Source of the DNA: Octopus sinensis
Lineage: Eukaryota
NCBI RefSeq assembly: GCF_006345805.1
Contig: NC_042998.1
Coordinates: 160,022,001 to 160,086,000, forward strand
Direction of reading: 5' to 3'
Length of the DNA: 64,000 bases
The first letter of the stretch is position 1. Each line of letters starts with the position of its first letter. The notes under the pieces were generated by a model. The model had not been told where the DNA came from, made no database searches, and worked only from the letters and a program-made list of their open reading frames with translations. This document shows, one piece after another, positions 38,401-50,000 of the stretch. The position numbers and the translations under genes were made by a program.

Positions 38401-41400
38401 GACTTTATATATAAATTTTACGTGTTAAGTAAAAGTAGATTTCCTTTAATAGGTTCTGTTCATTTCAATGAAATTGTACATAATAAGTAAAAGATAGTTT
38501 ACTTATTAATGCAAAATAAAACTCTTAAGGAGAAAACAAATATCCTTCACATTATATATTCTTTTATTCAATAATAAGTTACTTATAGAAGAAAAAAGTT
38601 TCATGACTTTTACAATTCCTCAGACTTGTGAGACTGATGCAGCTGATGTTCAGTTTGACAACTGCAGTTCAATGTCTACAGGAAAAACATGGAAAGAGAA
38701 CTAGAGGTCTTGTCTGAATGTTTACAACAGAGAACACTCTGCAAAAGATACTCAAAAACTAGATGATGGTGGTTAAACCAGATTAGGAATACCACAGAAA
38801 AGTCATAAATAAAATTTCAACCGCATCATTAAATAGTAATAAAACTAAAGATTCAGGACAATTTTTCTTCTGTCTGCAAAGTTTAGTTTGTATTGGGCCA
38901 TCCCATAAATAATGCGTTTTTTTTTCAATTGCATGAACTAAAAGTCAGAGGGGGGATGGGATAAACTACTTGCATCAACTTGCTATAAAAGCAGGTAGTA
39001 ATTTTACCCTGTCCTTATTCTTAGTGCAAGTTTTGAAGAGTGCAATTCGATTTTAACAGTTATTTTTTCACTGCTATAATGAAAGTGACAAAGGAGCATA
39101 TTTTGTTTTATGAGTTCAATAAAGGCAACAACGCAACAGAAAGTGCAAGGAATATTAATGCAGTATATGGAGATCGGACAATAAGTGTAAGCCAGTGTCA
39201 ATGGTGGTTCCAGAAATTCTGAGCCAGAAACTACATCCTAGAAGATCTATAGAGCTCAACGAGGATGCCCTGCAAACACTGGTGGAACAAAATCCCATTG
39301 TAACTGTTAAGGAACAGACAGAGAAGCTTGGATTTGGTCATTCAACCATTCATTAACATCTGTGTGCCATCGGAAAACTCAGCAAATTGGGTCAATGGGT
39401 TCCTCACAAATTTTCCAAGGCTAATTGCATGCAGAGAGTGAATGTGTGCTCTTTTTTGCTGTCACATCTCATGAATGAACCTTTTTTGGACTGAATAGTA
39501 ACTGGTGACAAGAAACGGGTTCTCTATAAAAATGTCAAGCACCAAAGACAGTGAGTAGGGAAAGGAGAAACATTGGCAGCCCAGGCTACAGAAGGTCTTC
39601 ACCCACATATGGTGTTATCTGTTTGGTGGGATATAAAAGGTTTAGTCCACTTTGAACTTTTAAACCCAAACCAAATGATAAGAAAGGAGATCTACTATGA
39701 GTAGCTTGAATGGCTTAAGTCAGTGCTAAAAAAAAATGACCATCTTTGCTTTCAAGATGAAAAGTGTTCTTCCATCATGATGCTTGGCCACATACAGCGA
39801 GGATGACATTCCAAAGGCTAGAGCAGTTTGAATGAGAAACAAAGCCCCACCAACCATATTTGCTGGACATTGCCCCATCTAATTATCATTTATTCCCTAG
39901 TCTTCAAAATCATTTGGAAATAAAAAATATGAATTTTGTAGACAAGGACAGAACAGTACTGGAGGAGTATTTTTTGTCACGGACAAGTGAATTTTGGAAG
40001 AAGGGCCTTGCGAGTCTACCAGATAGATGGAAGAGCATTGTAGAAAATGAAGGAGAGTATATTTCAGATTAAAAAAGAACTTTGTTTATCTTAATTTTGA
40101 AAAATAAAAGTATAAAAAAAACTGCATTATTTATGGAACGACCTAATATATATATATATATGTCTAAATTTGACCAAAATCAGTCATGGGCAGACTGCAG
40201 AACATTCTGAATGGTATGCCTAATGAAAAATTATTCGGAATTTTTTCTTAGTAGTGTGGCCCATGAGTTGTCTCATGTAACCTGTTTCTCAAAAAAGGCT
40301 GCCTGTGCTTCATCTAATCTTTAAAGCTTTTTATTTCCTAACATGTAAAAAAATTAAATCTCAAAGCAGCTATAGCAACAATAAAAAAAACAAAAACAGA
40401 GTAAGCATTTGTATACATGCACACAACAAATGACATTAACCAGGCATTCATATGGCAAACATACCCATCCATACTCCTTTCTACACATATAATGAAGGCA
40501 AATATATACATCATTAATGTCACAGAGGTTTACTGTTACTACATTTCCCAATTACAGAAAAATATTTCAACTACAACTAAATTTATTAGAAAAATCAAAC
40601 AAAGATCAAATATCAAGTTACTTAAAATTTAGCTTAAGATTTGAAATTTAAACATCAATAGTTGAAATGAATAAACAAAACTCCTATTGAAAATTTATGA
40701 AGTTAAAAAAAAATAAGTAAATCTATTAAGGGATAAAACATTAAAGAATAGGGGAATACCTCTTTCTTCATTTTCTTCTTTCTTCAAATTTTTCAAAACT
40801 GCATCCTCGCTCTTTATTCTGTTGTTTGGAGTTTGTTTTGAGTCATTCTGGGAAGGTACACTAACATAGAAAATATAATGAAAATAAGAAAATCCATGAT
40901 CAGATTGTTATTAGCAATAATAAAGTAAATTAACATCATTATAATTTGCTGTTAAAACTTACAAATTGGCATCCACTAATGTAAAATATCTTAAGTTGTC
41001 ATACTGTATTATGCTTATGAATTCTATTATTTCCTTGTTACTGACACATACCTAAGTCAATCATTGCTTAATTTAAATATTGTTGGTAAATTGGTTTGCT
41101 GTTGCATTTTACCTGAAATAATCCTAATCCTTGTCAATATAGTATGGAAAAAATCTCAGAACCAAAGGTTTTTAAATTATTATTCCTTACAATATATGCA
41201 GAATTTAATGGGCTTTGAATTAACATCTAGCTAATAGTAAACTGCACATACAGAAAGTGTGTCTATATGTATATGTGTGTATACACACACACAAGTCTGT
41301 TACAGCGAAAGTCATTTACAAATGGATCTCAGTAAACTCATTATAAATGAATTTTTAATATCCACACAATGGTTTCAAGAGTTCAAAGAATTATAGGCAA

Positions 41401-44400
41401 CAATAAACACTCAATCATTATCACATCCTAAAAATTGCTGTCACTCCACTCTCAAACAAAACTTTATCACCATCAGAGATAATAATCCTCTTCTGCTAAA
41501 GTGAAACTGTCTGCACTGAACACTTATCCTTTTGCCCTAACAGTCTCTGTTGTATCCATTTATGTCCTGTTCTATTCATTGCATTACAAATCTCATTTTT
41601 ATTTAAAAGATTTTGTCACCATTTCAACAGAAATAGTTTCCCATGGCTCTTTCACCCATTGCACAACAATATCTTGGTCTAGGCTTTTCAAAGCACTCAC
41701 TTTTGTTCTTTATTTCCAGATTCTTTCCATGTGTTCAATTATTTTTATAGGTGTTAAATAGTTTATTTACTAAGTACATTTAACCCCTGTGAATGGTTCC
41801 ATACAAGGTAAGACATTGGCTTAAAAAGAAATCCAAGTCTTTTCATACACACTTCATCTAACCAAACAAATATCAATGTATCGTCCATCCATCCATCCTT
41901 TAACTCTTTAGCATTCAGATTATTGTCAAATGTATTATTTATTCACATTGTTTTGAATTAATTAAGTATTTAATAACTTCAAGATTTCAATGATGTCATT
42001 TCTTCTTAGAATGACATTGTAAGGTAGGTGTGAAAAGCCAGATCTAGCTGGATTGAACATCAAACAGAATATTTTGGCTGGATATGGCCAGCTTAAATGC
42101 TGAAGGGTTAAGGTGAACATTAACAATTACATTACTTAAAAATTTTTCCACTGGTATATTTTTCTTTTCAATATTATCATAAATTTAAGTTTTATGCTAA
42201 AATTATTGTAAAATGTTGCTTTCTATGTTTTTACACAGACTGCTGTTTCCAGAGAAATTCAGTGGTTTATCAGGCATGTCAAAAGACATGTTTCATCCAT
42301 GTTCCTTGTCGTTGACAATTCATATCCTAAACATGGTTACAAAGATATAGAACTGTGCTTTATTGTTAACATGCTTTAGGAATTTTTGTGTAAAGTAGGT
42401 TTACAGACAGAATGCAAGCTCATTTCTGTTCATGAATCCCATTAGACCACATAACTGAAATGAGGAACTTTCAAGTCATATTTACTTTTAATTACAAATA
42501 GTTGTAATTCTAATAATCATATGGATGACAAGTTCATTCATCTCCAATTCATATACTGGAATTTATATATCTTTCTCTAGTTTCTCATACAGGGAGACAG
42601 AATATCATTTAGCAGGTTTTGTTTTTGGTTTTCCAGTGATTATACTTTTGCCAATCCCTTGCTAAATTTTCTGACAAATTCTCAGCACTAGAATTTACAT
42701 ATTCTTCAGTATTTTCAATAACACCTTAAAAGTGGCATCTCAACCTTTTACCTTTAGCATGCATGGTTCAGGTTTTTGTCATTTTTATTTTAGAAAATGA
42801 ATTTTTTTTTAATACTCTGTCAACAAATTTACGTGGTAAGAAGTTTATACAATATAACATGAATACTGTGAAGGAAGATCTATTTTGAAGTAGAATCTAA
42901 TTCTGTTTAAGTGGTCATGGTGTGACACCATTAATGTATACTTGTTTACCAGACTGTTGCACAGTTGTCTCTGATACATATATATATATATATATACTTT
43001 ATTTAAAGCAGCAGAAAATTCAACAAAACCTGTTACTCTGAGTTTCACGTTCCCGTTCGTCGGACAGATTTTTCTAGCAAAAACTGTCCAACGAACGGGA
43101 ACGTGAAACTCAGAGTAACAGGTTTTGTTGAATTTTCTGCTGCTTTAAATAAAGCATATTACTCTATCACTGGTATTTGAGTACTCTTTTTTCCACCTTG
43201 TTTCACATTTATGTGTTTACTCCGGTATATTTTATATATATATATATACATAGCTCTTCAACACATCCTGTGAGACAATACAATCTATCATTATAGTTAC
43301 TTGTCAATGAAAAGTAGATACCATTGATCTTTAAATGTTTTACTATTGAAGATAATGTCTTGCCTCCATTTAATATTCCTCTTCAAACAATACAATGGCT
43401 TGTTTATCAAGTGTTCAATTATAAACACAATTAAAAACAAGTAGTTCTAAATATTTGCCTCATGCCAAAACACTTTAAATTCTTAATTAACCAGTAAAGG
43501 GTATAGATTATTATATAGAAATATTTAAGTGAATCAGCTTACTTTGATGTAATTTCAAAATTCTTTTGTTTCTCTGTTTCTGCTGCAACAGAGCAGTTTT
43601 CACTGTCATCAGTTTTGTGAGACAAGTTTTCTTTCCGTCCACTTGTGGGCTGAAGCTTTACTGCAAAATAAATTACAAATTCAGAATAAAGGAAATATGC
43701 AGACACATTTTAAATTTTCACGATTTTATCATTTTTAATATTATGAAATAAACAAATATATAAAGAAATAATTAATATAATAATTTATTAAACTAAGTTC
43801 AATAAATTTCATCAAATAACTGAAATGAAGCAGATTGGATGTTAAAATAGATTATCCTTTTATTTCATCATCATCATCGTTTAACGTCCGTTCTCCATGC
43901 TAGCATGGGTTGGACGGTTCGACCGGGGATCTGGGAAGCCAGAAGGCTGCACCAGGCTCTGGTCTTATCTGGCAATGTTTCTACAGCTGGATGCCCTTCC
44001 CAACGCCAACCACTGAGTGTAGTGGGTGCTTTTTACGTGCCACCTGCACTGGTGCCAGGCGAGGCTGGCATCGGCCACGGTCGGATTGGTGCATTTTACG
44101 TGCCACCTGCACGGAAGCCAGTTGAGGCGGCACTGGCTTCGGCCATGATTCGGATGGTGCTTTTTACATGCCACCGACACGGAAGCCAGTTGAGGTGGCG
44201 CTGGCATCGGCCACGATTCGGATAGTGCTTTTTACGTGTCTCCAGTCCAGGGGTCCTGGCATCTGCCAGGTGCCAGTCATAGGATTGGTTCAATTTCGAT
44301 TCCGATCAGATAATTGTTTCTAACAAAAGGACCAAGATTTCCATAAAGAGAACATCATAAAGGTTGAATTTGTACTCTTCAGAAGGTGAGATTTAAAGGA

Positions 44401-47026
44401 AAATAAAAACTGAATTGATTCAATTAATTGTGAGTGGAAGAATGAATATACAAATACCTAAATAATAATGATAACTAAGAAAAAATTCTATGTATATTTT
44501 AAACATCTTTTTTTCTTCTTATTTTCCTTTAAATCTCACCTTCTGAAGAGTACAAATTCAACCTTTATGATGTTCTCTTTATGGAAATCTTGGTCCTTTT
44601 GTCAGAAACAATTGTCTGGGAATATGAAATAAAAGGATAATCCATTTTAACATCCAATCTGCTTCGTTTCATTTATTTAATAAAATTTACTGAACTCAGT
44701 TTAATAAATTATTATATTGATTATTTCTTTACATATGATTTAAAAATTCGTAAATAATGTATGAGGAAAAGATATTAGAAATCTATGGAAAAAATTCCTA
44801 GTAAAGGACAAAGATAAATTCATCCAGAAAAAAATATATATATATAGCACCCACTACACTCACGGAGTGGTTGGCGTTAGGAAGGGCATCCAGCTGTAGA
44901 AACATTGCCAGATAAGACCGGAGCCTGGTGCAGCCTTCTGGCTTCCCAGATCCCCGGTCGAACCGTCCAACCCATGCTAGCATGGAGAACGGACGTTAAA
45001 CGATGATGATGATGATAATGATATATATATACATATATACATAGTGGAGGCGCAATGGCCTAGTGCTATTACCTCCGTTGCTATTTCTTCTAGAGTGAAA
45101 CATGTCGGACAATACAAGGGGCGGTAACTTGTATCAGATATTACTAATGATACGAGGGGCCCGACAATAACGTTTTTCGCAGCATCGATAATCTCCTTCT
45201 TTTCCTTCAGCGTAAACTCAGTCCGCTTGTGTTTCTGAGCTGACATTGTGTGCTACTTTCTGAACTTTTCCACAAGATTACAAATACGAAATGTACAAAA
45301 TGTAGGAGTACAAAATTTCGAAAAGTTGCGTGCGCTTCAGTTTACAAGTGGCATAGTAAAAATTTTTTGTTTATTATTTGGCCAGGACCGCGCAAAACTG
45401 GCATAGTAGCGAGAGTTGACTGTATAATGATACATTGTATTGTCTCACAGGATCGACACACTGACCAGAGGGGGGGGGGGGGGCGTTTTTTTTTTCAGAG
45501 TGGCAGGCAAAACTTTACAAAGAAAATGCTCCACAGATGGATCAGAAGTTCTCTTATATCTGTGCTGATCTTGTATGTAACTGTATAATTTGATATACAT
45601 CAATAAAGATAAGTTTAACACATTAAATTAACGCATAACATCTTCATTAACGCCACAACTGAATTTAGGACATTTATATTATGAGGTTTCTATATTTTTC
45701 AGCTAGAGTATAGTTAGGTCTCAAAGGGGTGGTACAAACCTAGCAATATGTGTTTTCTAGTGAAAACAAAATTCCCACTCAAATAGTAATTACCAGACGA
45801 TTTTCTGTTCGAGTCTAACCATTTTAAGTTGTAGTGGAAATGTGAATTATGTCACAAATAGGCAGACGAATATTATATAAATTTTATAATCGAAAGATTT
45901 ACTATATTTTGTACATATAAATATATCAGACTGCAGGTGAAATAAAATGGGCTTGCAGGCACAATTGCACCCGTGGGCAGGAGTTCCTCACCCCTGGTAT
46001 TGACCATGACAGAAAGTTGAGCAGAGAATCAGCATCAAATTTTGCTAAAAGCTTAGTGATACCTGCTCAGAAGCCTATGCAAATTTTTCAAAAAGTTTTC
46101 ATCGTTTTGGACACAATGAAGGAGATCTTGTGTAACTGAAACTCAAGTTTTTGGTCAGACATGCGTCTCATACCCAAATCTTCATTAATAATGAACTGAA
46201 CCATAACTGATCTGCACACCCTCTGATAACTCAAGCATGGTGACTTGATGGTTTCCCCTCACAGCTGCATGCACATCCGCTATAATTTTCTCAGTTCTCC
46301 CAGAACGTTTGTCAATATCAACATTTTATTGACCATCTTGGAAACGTCTGAACCACTTGTACACTTGTGTTTGGTTCATACACTTTCTATAAGCCTCTGA
46401 GCAGGAGTCACTATGACAATTTTCTCTGTCACGGTCAATGCAACAATTACATGCTACACACTTCCCTTCCAAGTACTGCTGTAAACAACTGAAGTGAACT
46501 AGGTTAAAACAGTGTACATGCACAGCAGAGTTCAAGGTCAATCTGTGCCAAGCAGCTCCACTCTGCATGCTTTAGCTTCATTACTATGGCAACAATCCGG
46601 ATACTTATTGATCAGACCTCGTATATTTACAATCTTTAATACTACGAAATGTGTATATGTTGGATCGTTAGCCCCTACATGCAATTTTTTTCTCTCCTTG
46701 TTTCTTTTCTGTGTATCTTTCTGTCGAAGAGCGTAGGCTCGAAACATAAAAGACTTGTTTTATTTCTATTCCTGAGCGCCATACTAATACATTATTTGTT
46801 TGTACTCCACCTGCCTTTGTCTTTTGTTTATTTTCGTAAACCTTCCGTTATATATATATAGGCGCAGGAGTGGCTGTGTGGTAAGTAGCTTGTTTACCAA
46901 CCACATGGTTACGGGTTCAGTCCCACTGCGTGGCACCTTGGGCAAGTGTCTTCTATAGCCTCGGGCCAACTAAAGCCTTGAGTGGATTTGGTAGATGGAA
47001 ACTGAAAGAAGCCCGTCGTATATATG

Positions 47027-47057
<31 letters not shown>

Positions 47058-50000
47058 TTGTCCCCCTAGCATTGCTTGACAGCCGATGCTGGTGTGTTTA
47101 TGTCCCCGTTACTTAGCGGTTCGGCAAAAGAGACCGATAGAATAAGTACTGGGCTTACAAAAGAATAAGTCCCGGGGTCGAGTTGCTCGATTAAAGGCGG
47201 TGCTCCAGCATGGCCGCAGTCAAATGACTGAAACAAGTAAAAGAGTAAGAATATATATACATACATACATATATACAATCTTTAATACTATGAAATGAAT
47301 ATATATATGCTACGATGTTTCATACTACGAAATGGATGTATATATACATATATGAGAGGGAATCCACTAAAAGTGAACTCCTTTACACTAGCCACTAAAA
47401 GTTTTTCTCAAGAAAAAATTTAGCACACCATGAACATAAGCGGGCAGGACAAATGAAAAATAACAAAAATATAGATTAACCCTATACAATTGTTTCACTG
47501 TTAATAAATTATGCAATTTTACTTACACAATTAATTTGCAGATCGTGATGGTGTGCTAATTTTTTTCTTGAGAACAACTTTTAGTGGCTAGTGTAAAGGA
47601 GTTCACTTTTAGTGGATTACCTCTCATATATGTATTAATAATATTTACTGAATCTCAGTTTTTTATGCACTAAACCATTGGTGTTAAACTGATATTATTA
47701 AATTAATATACAATTTTTCACCCTCATTTTGATTTTAATTCTTAATTAATATTGTTCTCAAACCGGCGTTAACTACTGCAGTGAATTGTTTATGCGGTAT
47801 TTATTTCTGGAAATTTGGCGCTGTGGACAAGGGCATTTGAATATAACTATGAATGTAATAGGCTGTACTGCTTGCATTTTTGGCCTCGTGTTAATATATA
47901 GCGTGCAGTTCGACAAATTATATTCTTGACAGACTCTACTGACGATCTGCAAATTAATTGTGTAAGTAAAATTGCATAATTTATTAACAGTGAAACAATT
48001 GTATAGGGTTAATCTATATTTTTGTTATTTTTCATTTGGTTCGCCCAAGGCTATATTAGAAGACACTTGCCCAAGGTGCCATGCAGTGGGACTAAACCCA
48101 GAACCATGTAGTTAGGAAGCAAGCTTCTTACCACACAGCCAAGTAAAATCAGTCATGGCAGATACTGGTGTCATGCAATAGGAAGAGCATCAAGCTGCAG
48201 AAACCATGCCAAATCAGACCGGAGTCTGGTGCAGCCTTCTAGTCCTAGTCAAACTGTCCAGTCCATGCCAGTATGGACAACAGGCATTGATGATGATAAT
48301 ATATATACACACACTAATATAAATTATGAAGTTATATCAAGAGTGATATCTCACCTGGACTGAGATCTTCAGTTGGTGAAGTTGGATCATATTTATCATC
48401 TTCATCTTCCACTGAAGAGATCGATGATGTATTGAGAGTTAAAGCATTTGAATTAGAAAGCTTATAAGATTTACAGCTGGAACCAGATGGAGGAGAAGGA
48501 ATGGTAGAAGAATGAGAATTAGATGATGAAGATAATCCAATAACTGGTGTAACTGAAGAATTTGATATTTTTACAGCAGATAATGTAGGAGTTGGTAGAA
48601 GTGGCGTTGGATGGGATGCAATTGTTGAGGTGACAGATTTGGTTACTGAACACTGAGATTGTAGTGAAGATGAGCAAGGCACTTGAGTCACACTTTGAGG
48701 TTTTTCTTCTTGTGGTCCAGTTTTTGATACAGAATCACTTTGCTGAGAAGCTAGAGGAAAAGAAAATACATATTTAAAACTGAGTATGACATATTGTTAA
48801 AATATATTGAAATATTGTTCTATGTCCTTTAAGATGATAATAGTGTAAAACTAATCATGTAGATAGCATATCTGGAATCTTTTAAAAAAAAAACAATATG
48901 AATTCTGTAGCATATGCACCAACCTAAACACAAACAATTTTACCAGCTATATACAAATACACACTTTTCAACTCCTCAGAGTTAACTTTCTTATATTACA
49001 TTTGAGGTAACTTATCATTCTTTACAACACTCACAGTAGAAGAATGTGTTCATTGACCACCTACATTTTACTCAATAACAATGATATCTTTGCTGTGACA
49101 TGGCTTACCTAGCCAGGCCTGACTTTCCATAAGCCCAAAACAAACAATTTTTCTTTATTTCAATTATCTATAGCATTCTACTTGCCATTCAGGATGATCA
49201 ACAATAACAACTAGTAGCAAGTAGATATATTCACATTCAGCATTTTTAAGAAAATAAAATTTTTTATTAATAGCTTAGAAGAGGACTTATGTAATCTTCA
49301 GACAGGAGAGGTGGCCTGAATGCTTATAACAGAGTGGACTCTCCTAAAGGTATCCAAGGAGTAGGCAATGGTATTAAACTGAAAAATGGAGTAAGTCTAC
49401 CATTCAAAATGTTAATTCATCTGTATTTTCTATGAAGCACAAATTTCCATTCTTTTGATTGTTGACCAATCTGATTCAAACACACATTCTTCTGACGTGA
49501 TAGCTTTATGCAATATTTCAACAACTTTTCATAGATTTTTTCCATTGGTCAAAAATACTCAAGACTTCTTTTGATGCTACACCAACACTGCCATTAGCAT
49601 ATCTTCAACAAACAGCAATACGAACAGTAATATTAAATGATACTGCTGATGACATTAAATTAAATAAATACAATCTCATTTTCATTTTTAATGCGACATA
49701 TGTGTATCAAATTTTGCTACTTGAGGGATTCCTTAGAAATTGCAGTTTACATTTTTATTACCAACAATCTAGATAGGAGGTATCTCATTAAGGTGAAACC
49801 TGAATGTTTTATTGTTGGTATTATACATATTTCATTTCATTTCAAACTAAGTTACAGATTTAGATCAAGATTTAGAGGGATCCAATTCACTGAACACATG
49901 AAATGGGTTTTAATTAGCATTTCTTTATTACATTTAACATTCTAACATTCTTGATCAAAAGAATGGAATTCACTTCTCTGACTTCAAATTGAAAGCATAT

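Noticed and set aside
38614-38675. Possible poison exon in SUGP1 (good acceptor ttttcctgtag, in-frame TGA after DIELQLSN)
   Set aside because: Only a weak donor (gtaaaa) was found and the flanking exons join in phase without it; it needs junction reads.
46860-46935. tRNA-like sequences at SINE heads (also near 3960, 4478, 26325 and 45044)
   Set aside because: A/B-box remnants continue into SINE bodies; I could not fold a complete cloverleaf.
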